Source: Ministeria vibrans ATCC 50519 (taxonomy: Eukaryota > Protista > Filasterea). From it: DNA of 64,000 bases. The notes beneath the pieces were generated by a model. The model saw only the letters and a program-made list of their open reading frames with translations. It was not told the origin of the DNA and did not search any database. The translations under genes were made by a program, and so were the position numbers. Below, in pieces: positions 24,901 through 36,900 of the stretch (its first letter is position 1; each line of letters begins with the position of its first letter). Location: assembly GCA_943704425.1 (NCBI GenBank), contig CALSCP010000945.1, positions 11,909 to 75,908 on the forward strand, in the 5' to 3' direction.

Positions 24901-27176
24901 GCACCGAAGAGCTCTTCATTGGCAACGGTCAGTCTATCCCGAAACAAGACTTCTTTGTTTGCGTGTGCGCCGACGGCTTCAGCGGTGACCTGTGCGAGAC
25001 CAACGAGGATGAGTGTGCCTCTAACCCATGCGCCGACGGAGAGTCGTGCGTGGACGGTGCGAATGGCTACTTGTGTGAGATGGCCGGCATCACGACGGCG
25101 TGGCTTCTGGATTCCGCCATGAGCATCGCGGATGGCACGGACGCCGCCGTGGGTGCCACCGATCCATTTGACGAGCTCTTTGCGTACTCCTTTGACGGCA
25201 CCGACCGTCGCGTGGTGGCCGCTGCAAACACTCCTACGGTCTTCAACAGCGGTATGTACCTGGGCTCGTGGGTGAAGCAGGCGGAGAATAACCGTGGCTG
25301 GATTGCCATCAAGGCAGCAACCGCGCGCTACTTTGGTCTCTTCTCTTCGGGCACCAACGATCAGATTTGGTTCGAGCACTCGGCCGGCACGCTCAAGTTT
25401 TCGGGTGCGGTTGTCGACGATGATGAGTGGCACTATGTTGCCGCCACCTACAGCGTGTCGACATTGACGGTGCGCGTCTTTGTGGACGGTGTCGAGCTAT
25501 CGCTTGTCAGCGGCACCAATCCGCTGACGGCTGCCCTTGACTTTGGTGGTTCCAGCGTGGACATTTTTGTTGGCCAGCGTCCTCCGGCCAACTTTGGTCT
25601 GTCGGGCTCACTCTTTAGCACGGTTGTTTCGTCAAACCCCTCGCCTTCCATGTGTGCCTTTGCCGCACGCAAGCGTGACGCGGCCCAGCCCGCTGGTGGC
25701 GTGTGTGCCAACGGTGGCACCTGTGCCGACTCCAACGGTGGCTTCGTCTGCACTTGCTCGGGCAACTTTGATGGCCCGCTCTGTCGTGAGAGCACCCTCG
25801 TCGAAACTGTCTGGGCAATGGACACGGGCAAGAGCACTCAGGTGGGCAGCGTGACGGCCGGCGCGAGCGATCCCTTCTCCGGCACTAACGCCTTTGCATT
25901 TGGTGGCGCGGGTCATCTTGCCATTTCGGGCGCGGCCATGCCGACCGCTCCCATGTCCGGCTTTACCATTGGTTCGTGGGCCATGCAAACGAGCGGCACT
26001 TCTGGCTACATCATCGAGCACGGTCAGAGCTCAGATCTCCGTTACTACGGTATTTTCTCGCGTGGCTCCTCGGACACGCTCGAGTTCTACTACCTTGTGT
26101 CGGGTGCCTCCAAGTACTCTGTCATCGCATTCACTGGTGCAACCATTGACGATGGCGAGTGGCATCACGTGGCCGCGACCTACGATGCCACCAATGACGC
26201 TGCTCACATGTTTGTTGATGGTGTCTCGCTGACGGCGACGGGTTCGAACAGCGTTGACGTGGCCGGCATTGACGAGGGCACTGGTGGTGCTCTTGTGGGC
26301 CGCCGTGTGCACAACAACGGTGCCTTCTCCTTTGGCTTCAGCGGCAGCCTCTTTGGATCGTTCATCACGAGCAAGGATTCGCGCAGCCTGTGCTCCATGG
26401 CCTCGCGCGGTTTTGACGGCGCCTCAACCGACGGTGTGTGCGGCGTGGGCGGTACATGCAGCGACAGCGTCGACATGGGCTTCACGTGCTCGTGTGGCTC
26501 GGGTCTGTCGGGCGTCACCTGCCGCGATGGTGCTTCCACGCCAGTGCAACTCATTGAGGCGGCAACCGCCGTGAACGGTGCCATAATCAATGGCAATATT
26601 GCCACCCTCGACGGTGGCATCCAGTACGTGCAGGTGCCATTTTCGTCGCTCCCGGCGCCCCAGCCCAACATGGGCAGCTTTGTCTTTGGTGCCACCGTGG
26701 CCGCGCAGACTGGAAACTTCTACGTGTTCTTCAACGGCATCAATGGCCTCGGGGCGAATCGCGAGTACGCGCTGTTTGTGGGCACCGATGGTTCCATCCG
26801 CTTCTTCTACAAGACGGTGTCGGGCGCCTTCAGCGCCAGCAACTTGGGTTCGTTCCCCATCGACGGCACTCTTGCACACATTGCGATCCGCTACAACCAG
26901 GCCACAACAAGCGTGACTGTGTATGTTGATGGCGTCCAGACTGGTTCGGCGACACTCTCAGGTGCTCTTGCCTTTAGCCACAGTGGACCCCTGGTTCTCG
27001 GTGCGCGTCTGAGCACAAGCGGCACTGCCTCGAGTTTCGAGCTCGACGGTACCATCACAGGTGCTGTTCTGTCCACCGATGGCTCTTCCTCCATGTGCCA
27101 GATGACTGGCGGAAGCGTGTGCTCAGGCGGCCTGTCTAACTGTAGCGACAACAACGGAGGCTACCAATGCCTTTGA
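15954..27176 (+). CDS. Giant secreted EGF-repeat protein 1 with domain-inserted EGF modules and 3 C-terminal LamG-like domains
   Basis: Signal peptide [22 protein letters not shown]; intron 16071-16970, then RQRR and dozens of calcium-binding-type EGF repeats ([16 protein letters not shown]..YTCxC..GYNGxxCE). LamG motifs ([17 protein letters not shown]). No TM segment. N gap 18798-19258. Confidence 0.9.
17800..19410 (+). repeat. 114-bp coding tandem repeat (38-aa EGF unit)
   Basis: Near-identical units 'aacattgacgactgtgcctcgaacccgtgcgag...ggatacaacggcgacaactgcgag'. Confidence 0.95.
22440..25010 (+). repeat. 603-bp higher-order repeat (5 EGF modules, 201 aa)
   Basis: The Thr codon of [10 protein letters not shown] starts at 22491, 23094, 23697, 24300 and 24903. 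Confidence 0.9.
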
Positions 27177-27924
27177 TTGCCACCATCAATTTTTTTTTTC
27201 GTTTATGCAGAGGAGAGAATGAGAGAGCGTTTTTAGAGTGGGCATTTTTTTTGAGAGTGCAGAGAGAGGAATATAAAAGAATACAAAAAGTCACGTCTTT
27301 TTCATGAAGTGTTTATGTCTTGACAGCACAGAGCGTCGTTTTGTACTACCCGTGAAACCTTTCAAATAAACCAAAGAAAGAGCTGTACTCAATGTCAAAA
27401 CAAACAAGGATTTTACACAATAAAACTATTAGAAAAAAATTGACCACAAAAAGTAGTACAATGCTTCCGCTATTAGCTATAGGTAAGACAATTGAGCGAG
27501 TGGGCTCATTGGGCGTTAGGCTAAGTGATGGCTAACCCTAAAAGTTTGTGTGTTCATAGATCCACTACAATTATAAAAACATGATTGTATTGATGTTTGT
27601 TTAATACTTGAGATTTGAGACTTGAGAACTAACTGCTTAGAGCTATTTTGAGCTATTTCTATTTTCCAATTCGATTTACTATTTAGAGCTTATTCAGTTA
27701 TTCTTAGGCGATACGCCCTCGCGGGACTGAAAACGGACTAATTATTTTTCCTCGATCAACAAACCAAAAAAAAAATTAAAAATAATTATTAAAAATTAAA
27801 AAATCATTTTTATTTTATTCGTTTAGTGCAAACGGCTCAGTCGGACCCTTGTTTGATTTGAGTTGCGCTACTTGTTGTTCTTTTTACAACCCTTTTCAGC
27901 GTTGTCAAGAGAGAAACATCGAAA

Positions 27925-30900
27925 ATGCGTTTGGCACTGATAGGCACGGCATGCCTGCTCCTTGCTGGACTTTCTGCGGTCCATGGTACCGCCCTTGATA
28001 CGCCTGTCATGATGACCACTCGTGGCATGCCTGAGTTTCGGCATCTCGTAAGCCATTTTGCACCGTTTCGCCGTGTCGTTTTTTTTTATCGTTGGCGCTC
28101 CCTTCCAAAATCGTCCTTGAGACATCCCCAACATCCCTGCTTGCCCCCTCCCCTGTGTCATACATCACTTTTGAATGCTACACGCCCCTCATTCCCCCAC
28201 TCCCTGACGTCGGCACGTCAATTTATGCCATCTCTTTAAGCCGAGACGTCTTTTTTTTATACATATTCAAAAAAAAAAGTCGCCGCCCATCGCGCCTCGT
28301 GACCCTCAACCTCGCCGAGAACCCTGGAGGCTCCATTTACTCTTTATTGGACACCACTCGCACTGTTTGGGCGTCGTTTTGAATAGCGTGTGCGGCGCAG
28401 TTCGAGATGCCGTGTGTGCGATTGCACAAAAAAAAAAAAAAAAAAAAAACGAACTCGTGCTAAGAACCATAATCCAACTCGTCAGGCGCATCATTGGTAT
28501 TGCGCCTTGCTCTTTGCGTGCTGCTCTTTAAGCGATCCAATATTCTAACACGTTGGCAACGACTTTTTTTTTTCTTTTCTTCTTTTTTCTCGTAACGCTC
28601 TCTTGAAAATCAACACTATCCACGCTTCATTCCATTGGCCATGTTACACCATCTCTTAACAATCTTTCCTCCCCTCCTCCCCTCTCTTCCGCATGGGCTC
28701 ACTTTCTCACCCCCTTTTCTTTTTTGTTTCCTCCCATTTTTTTTTCTACGAGTGTCATTCGCTGTCCTCCCAAAAGCACCGTCTCTGATCCAATTCAGGC
28801 CCTGTTAGCATTCCACGCTTTATCATATTCCCTTGATTGGCAATGCTCTCCCGCAGAATCATTCATTAGTTTTTTTTTTTTTTTTTTTTTTTTTTGACGC
28901 TGATGTCCTTTTTTTCTCGCCATCTCACGTACTGTCGTAGGCACGCCGTGGCTTTACATGCGGCTCGGAAGAGTGTCTCAATGGCGCCTCTTGTTCCGCC
29001 AACCTGTGCGTCTGCTCCGAAGGCTACACTGGAGCGGATTGCTCCGTGAACATTGGCGGTTGCAGCGGAGGCTCTGCCTGCGAGAACTCCGGCACCTGCA
29101 CTGGCGTCGACTCGCTTGTGCAGTCGCAAAACACCGCCAATGACTTCTCGGCCTTTGACGAGGGAGTTGGTTGTGCGTCGACGGACCGCTCGTTCGCCAA
29201 CCAGTTCTACCGTTTCTACGACGTGTGCAGCGAAGCCAACTTTGAAGGCCAGTCGCTCACCATCACCCACGTCGAATTTGTGGCAGCCAGTGCGACTGGA
29301 TCACCCAACAACGGTGACCAACTCACCGTGTCTCTTCACGAGTTCGAGCAACAAGGAAACTCACCGGCGCTTAGCGACCTCGGCAACATTCTCGCGTCAA
29401 AGAACGTCCCTTTCACCACCCTTGTTCCGCTCTCGACCTCGGCCGAGACTCAGTATGTGAGCGTTGCTTTGACCACGCCCGTGGTGGTCAACTGCGGTGA
29501 CAGCATTGCCGTCAAGCTGAGTCACCCTCAGCTGTCATTCCGCTTTTTCTTTGGCTCCAACACCGCTGGCGACGAGTCTTCGCCTGCCTACCATCTCTCA
29601 CCGTGCACCAGCAACCAGCTGGTCGACTACTCCAACTTTGTGGAATCCCTCAACGTCGAGCCGCACGCCACCCACTTCCCTATCAACATTCGCCTCGACA
29701 GCAGCCAGGCCCTCGAGTGTGCCTGTACCGCTGGCTTCGAGGGTGACCGCTGCCAGAGCGACATCAACGAGTGCGACTCGAACCCCTGCGAGAATGGCGG
29801 CACATGTCACGACGGCGCCGCCTCGTACTCTTGCAGCTGTGCTGCTGGCTTCACTGGCGACATCTGCGAGACCAACATCGACGACTGTGTCTCGGACCCC
29901 TGTGACAACGCTGGCACCTGCACCGACGGTGTCAACTCGCACACTTGCTCGTGTGTCTCGGGCTACACCGGTGACAACTGCGAAACGAACATTGATGACT
30001 GCACCGCGAACAGCTGCCAAAACAGCGGCACTTGCTACGACGGTGTTGATTCGGTCACGTGCGACTGCGCGTCAGGCTTCACTGGCGACATCTGCGAGAC
30101 CAACATTGACGACTGTGTCTCGGGCCCCTGTGACAACGGTGCCACATGCAATGACGGTGTTGATTCGTACACGTGTGATTGTGCCACGGGCTTTGAGGGT
30201 CTTGATTGCGAGACCAACATTGATGACTGCGCCGGGAGCCCGTGCAACAACGGTGGTAGCTGTACAGACGGTACTGCCACGTTCTTTTGTGACTGTCCCG
30301 CAGGCTTGACTGGCAACACTTGTGACGACGACGTTGCCGAGTGCGACTCGAACCCTTGCGAGAATGGCGGCACATGTCACGACGGTACCAACTCGTTCTC
30401 TTGCAGCTGTGCTGCTGGCTTCACTGGCGACATCTGCGAGACCAACATCGACGACTGTGTCTCGGACCCCTGTGACAACGCTGGCACCTGCACCGACGGT
30501 GTCAACTCGTACGCTTGCTCGTGTGTCTCGGGCTACACCGGTGACAACTGCGAAACGAACATTGATGACTGCACCGCGAACAGCTGCCAAAACAGCGGCA
30601 CTTGCTACGACGGTGTTGATTCGGTCACGTGCGACTGCGCGTCAGGCTTCACTGGCGACATCTGCGAGACCAACATCNNNNNNNNNNNNNNNNNNNNNNN
30701 NNNNNNNNNNNNNNNNNNNNNNNNNNNNNNNNNNNNNNNNNNNNNNNNNNNNNNNNNNNNNNNNNNNNNNNNNNTGACTGCACCGCGAACAGCTGCCAAA
30801 ACAGCGGCACTTGCTACGACGGTGTTGATTCGGTCACGTGCGACTGCGCGTCAGGCTTCACTGGCGACATCTGCGAGACCAACATCGACGACTGTGTCTC

Positions 30901-33900
30901 GGGCCCCTGTGACAACGCTGGCACCTGCACCGACGGTGTTGATTCGTACACGTGTGATTGCGTCTCGGGCTACACCGGTGACGACTGCGAGACGAACATT
31001 GATGACTGCACCGCGAACAGCTGCCAAAACAGCGGCACTTGCTACGACGGTGTCAATTCGGTCACGTGCGTCTGCGCGTCAGGCTTTACTGGCGACATCT
31101 GCCAGACCAATATCGACGACTGTGTCTCGGGCCCCTGTGACAACGGTGCCACGTGCAATGACGGTGTTGATTCGTACACGTGTGATTGTCCCGCGGGCTT
31201 CACCGGCGAAAGCTGCGAGACCAACATTGACGATTGCGACCCTAACCCTTGTCAGAACTCGGGTACCTGCAGCGACGCCGTCAACAACTTCGTGTGCAGC
31301 TGCATTGCGGGCTATACGGACACGACGTGCACGACCAACATTGACGACTGTGTGCCCAACCCTTGCAAGAACGGCGCCCCCTGTACCGACGGAGTCACCT
31401 CGTATGTCTGTAATTGTCCCTCTGGCTTCACGGGAGACGATTGTGAGACCAACATTGATGATTGTGTCTCGGGCCCTTGCGATAACGGTGCCACTTGCAC
31501 TGACGGTGTCGATTCGTACACGTGCAACTGTGCCGCAGGTTTTGAGGGTAGCGATTGCGAGACAGACATTGACGATTGTGCAACGGATCCCTGTCAAAAC
31601 GGCGGTTCTTGCACCGACCAGGTCAACGACTACACTTGCGTGTGCGCTACTGGCTACGCGGGTAGCGATTGCGAGACTAACATCAATGACTGTGCCACGT
31701 CACCCTGCGACAATGGCGCTACCTGCAACGATGGCGTTGCCACGTACACTTGCGACTGTGTTGCTGGCTACACAGGGAGCGACTGTGAGACCAACATTGA
31801 TGACTGTGCTCACTCACCGTGCCAAAATAGTGGCAGTTGCATTGATCAAGTGGATGGCTATTTTTGCAAGTGTGCTCCCGGGTTCGAAGGAGACGACTGT
31901 GAGACCAACATTGACGAGTGCCAAGGTGGCCCGTGTGACAATGGCGGTACCTGCTACGACGGAGTGAATAGCTATTCTTGCATGTGCTCAATGGGTTGGA
32001 CTGGCAGTAGCTGCGATACCAGTGTGGACGAGGTAAAGAAAATTAAATGACATGAAAATGCCTAAAATAATCATCATAATTTTTCGATATAGTGTGCCTC
32101 GAACCCTTGTGAGAACGGTGGTACCTGCTACGATCGGCACCTGGCCTACTCTTGCGATTGTCACTTCCCGTACGGCGGACAGAACTGCCACCTGCACCAT
32201 GGACCCGAACTGTGCGACTCATCGCCCTGTGTCAACGATGCGCCTTGCAACGTCGAGCTGCCCGACGTCCAGTCGCATCCGGCTGTTCTATCGTTCACCT
32301 CAGTTATCGAGAGTTCCACCACCAACACCCCCAGCCAGTCGCTCATTGGCTGGCGCTTTGACGTCGACCAAACCATCTCAATCAGCCGCATTGGTCTGCT
32401 CGATCTTGATTCACCCGGTCTCCAGGAATGGCACGAGGTCACAATTTTCCGAAACGACTCAACCATTCTCGGTGTGGCCTGGCTCGGTCCCACCGCGTCG
32501 GCACCCGAGGGCCAGACTGTCGACACGGACTCGTCCTCCGTGAAGACTTGGCACACTTTTGGTGACCTCACGCTTACTCCCGGCTCCTACTACATCCAGG
32601 CCACACTTGGCGGGGGTTTGGACCGCTACCACATTTCGTCGACTGAACTCAAAAGCTCGACGGGTGTCACTTTCCGCAGCCGTTGCCAGTGCGTTAACGC
32701 CAGTCCTACGACCCTCTGCACCACGTGCAACGAAGAGGCTTTTGGTCGCTATGGCCCCAACTTTGATTTTGTCCTGGGCGACCTTTGGTCTCCCGAGTGC
32801 AACTGCTCGTACGGTTTCACTGGCGAGCGCTGCGAGACGGACATTGATGAGTGCAGTTCGGACCCCTGCATGAACGGCGGCTCCTGCATCGAAGGATTTG
32901 ACATTGCCTCGTTTGGCACCTACGAGTGCTTCTGCATTGCGGGCTACACCGGCGATCACTGCGAGACCAACATTGACGACTGTGTCTCGGACCCTTGCGA
33001 GAACGATGGAACTTGCCTCGACTCTGCCGACGCGCCCAACCTGTTCACATGTACTTGTGCCAACGGCTACACCGGTGATAGCTGCCAGTCGGAGGTTGAC
33101 GAGTGTGCCCCAGCGCCCTGTCAAAACGGCGGTACCTGCGCGGACGATGTGGGTTTCTACACCTGCACCTGTGTCAGCGGCTTTGTTGGCCCCGATTGCG
33201 AGACGGAGGTTGACGAGTGTCTGTCAAATCCATGCAAGAACGGTGGATCTTGCATGGATATGCCAAGTGGTTTCACCTGCTCCTGTGCTAGCGGCTTTAC
33301 CGGTGAAACTTGCCAGACCAACATTGACGATTGTCCGTCCAACCCGTGTGAGAACGGTGGCACTTGCATCGATGGCGTCAACAGCTACACGTGCTCGTGT
33401 GGCTGCGGCTACACTGGAGAGATTTGCACTGAAATCTTTGGCGCTGACACGTGCGCATCGGACCCGTGCGAGAACTCGGGAACGTGCTCCTCTTGTGTCT
33501 CCCTTCCCACCGGCAACCTGGCCGTCACGTCGTTTGGCTTCACCTTTAAGAGCAGTGACACTGGTTCGCGAACCATCGGCTCCAAGTTCTCCATCTCCGA
33601 GACAGTCACTGTGACAGGTCTGGCCCTGGTTCGAACCGAATCGTCCTTCGACTCGAGCCACTTCATCCAAGTCGTGAACGCTGACAATGTTAATGCTGGT
33701 CCCATTGTCTGGGGCGCCCTCACCGAGGACAATTCCAAGGAAGAGTCGAACGGTTTTTACTCGACATCTGAAATTGCAGGCACGCTTGTTCTCAGCCCTG
33801 GTTCTTACATTGTATCGGCGCACTTCCCTTCGGGCACCGCCGATAACTACTATGTCGAGGCAGCCTCAATTGGCTTCGCTAGCCAACATTTCACCCAAAA

Positions 33901-36900
33901 CGAGCGTTGCTTCTGCTCCGGTACCAACACGACTGATGTGTGCACTACGTGCAACAACGAAGCCATTGGTCGCTTTGGCCCGCACATTATGTACGTCTCA
34001 GGTGACAGCTTTTCCTACTCCTGTGATTGCCCCGCCTCTTTCACGGGCGATTCGTGCGAAACCGAGATTGGCGCCTGCGACTCCAATCCGTGTCTCAACG
34101 GCGCCACTTGCAACAATGCATTCCCTGGCTACACGTGTACTTGTATTGCTGGATACACCGGTATCGATTGTGGGCAAGACATCAACGAGGTACACTGACT
34201 GGAGTAGTTATTTTTCGTTTGACTGTAATTATTTTTTTCTTAGTGTGCCTCGTCCCCGTGCGAGAATGGTGGATCCTGCAAGAACGAGCTCGACAAGTTT
34301 TCGTGCGACTGCGAAACCGGCTACACTGGTGACGTCTGCGAGACAAACATTGATGACTGTGTTAGCAACCCATGTGAGAATGGTGGCACATGCTCTGATG
34401 GCTTGGCCAGCTATCTTTGCCAATGCGTCTCAGGTAAGACAGGCACAGACTGCTCGCAGGAAGTCGACGACTGCTCGTCCAACCCGTGTGAGAACAGTGG
34501 CACGTGCATCGACGGCGCGAACAGCTACACTTGCTCTTGCCCCGCCGGCTTCAGCGGTGTCCACTGTGAGACAAACATCGACGAGTGCGCCGGAAACCCA
34601 TGCCTGAACAGCGGTACATGTACCGATGGCATCAACCAGGCGATCTGCGATTGCCATGAAGGCTTCGCTGGACTCACTTGTGAGACAGAAATCATGCCCT
34701 GCTCCTCGAACCCTTGCCAGAACGCTGGTACTTGCGATTCCACTTTGGCCACGCACGTGTGCTACTGTGTCGCTGGTTACACTGGTCCATTCTGTGAGTC
34801 TAACATTGATGAGGTAAAAAAAATTTATTATAAAAATAATTATAAGCAATCATATCAAAATAATCATTGTTGATATTAATTAAAATCTCCTTTTTAGTGT
34901 GTCTCGAACCCTTGTGAGAATGGTGGTACCTGTGTGGACGGTGTTAATGAGTTCGTTTGCGACTGTCCGCTTGGATGGTCGGACGAGCACTGCGAGTTCA
35001 ACTTGAACGAATGCCTGTCGAACCCGTGCAAGAACGGCGGTACTTGCATGGACGGTCTCGCGTCTTACACATGCTCGTGCGCACTTGGATTCACGGGTGA
35101 CGATTGCGCGACTAACATTGACGACTGCACCTCAAACCCATGCGAGAATGGTGCCACTTGCAACGACGGTGTCAACTCATACACGTGCGACTGTATGGCT
35201 GGATACAACGGCGACAGCTGCGAGAACAACATTGATGACTGTGCCTCGAACCCGTGCGAGAGCGGCGCCACGTGCAACGACGGTGTTACCTCGTACACGT
35301 GCGACTGTATGGCTGGATACAACGGCGACAACTGCGAGAACAACATTGACGACTGCGCCTCGAACCCGTGCGAGAGCGGCGGCACCTGCAACGACGGTGT
35401 CACCTCGCACACTTGTGACTGTGTTGCCGGATACAACGGCGACAACTGCGAGAACAACATCGACGAGTGCGCTTCGAACCCGTGCGAGAACGGCGCCACC
35501 TGCAACGACGGTATCAACTCATACACGTGCGACTGCATGGCTGGATACAACGGCGACAACTGCGAGAACAACATTGACGACTGCGCCTCGAACCCGTGCG
35601 AGAGCGGCGCGACCTGCAACGACGGTGTCACCTCGTACACTTGTGATTGTGCNNNNNNNNTGGATACAACGGCGACAACTGCGAGAACAACATTGACGAC
35701 TGCGCCTCGAACCCGTGCGAGAGCGGCGCGACCTGCAACGACGGTGTCACCTCGTACACTTGTGATTGTGCCGACGGATACAGCGGCGACAACTGCGAGA
35801 ACAACATTGACGACTGTGCCTCGAACCCGTGCGAGAACGGTGCCACCTGCAACGACGGTATCACCTCGTACACTTGTGATTGTGCCGCTGGATACAACGG
35901 CGACAACTGCGAGAACAACATTGACGACTGTGCCTCGAACCCGTGCGAGAGCGGCGCCACGTGCAACGACGGTGTCACATCGTACACTTGTGACTGTGCT
36001 GCCGGATACAACGGCGACAACTGCGAGAACAACATTGACGACTGCGCTTCGAACCCGTGCGAGAACGGCGCCACCTGCAACGACGGTGTCACATCGTACA
36101 CTTGTGACTGTGCTGCCGGATACAACGGCGACAATTGCGAGAACAACATTGACGAGTGCGCTTCGAACCCGTGCGAGAACGGCGCCACGTGCAACGACGG
36201 TATCAACTCGTACACATGCGACTGCATGGCTGGATTCAACGGCGACAACTGCGAGAACAACATTGACGAGTGCGCTTCGAACCCGTGCGAGAACGGCGCC
36301 ACCTGCAACGACGGTGTCACCTCGTACACTTGCAACTGTGCTGTGGGCTTCTCGGGCGACGCGTGCGCCACCAACGACGACGACTGCGCCTCGAACCCGT
36401 GCGAGAACGGCGCCACCTGCAACGATGGTGTCACCTCGTACACTTGCGACTGTGCTGTGGGCTTCTCGGGCGACGCGTGCGCCACCAACGACGACGACTG
36501 CGCCTCGAACCCGTGCGAGAACGGCGCTACCTGCAACGACGGCATGAACTCGTACACTTGCGACTGTGCTGTGGGCTTCTCGGGCGACACATGCGCCACC
36601 GAAGACGATGAGTGTCTCTCGAACCCTTGTGAGAATGGCGGTACCTGTAGCGACCAGGTCAATTCATTCTCGTGCGTCTGCGCCGATGGTTTCCTGGGTG
36701 ACACCTGTGCCGACCAGCTTACGGCTCTGTGCAATTCATCGCCCTGCCACAACGGAGGTACTTGCACCGGTGTGGGCCAGGTTTTCACTTGCGTGTGTGC
36801 AAGTGGTTTCACCGGCACGCTTTGCAACCAGGATGTGGACGAGTGTGACTCTTCACCCTGTATGAACGGCGGTGAGTGCTCGCAGGGAGCCGCAATCAAT

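Noticed and set aside
27420-27745. Possible MITE/Helitron-like or telomeric insert (TTAGGC, TAACCCTA, GC-rich end) between the EGF genes
   Set aside because: Only single telomere-like words; no terminal inverted repeats or second copy in the window.
30678-35660. Apparent frameshifts in EGF gene 2
   Set aside because: Frame changes coincide with N gaps of estimated length, so they are assembly artefacts rather than pseudogenisation or recoding.
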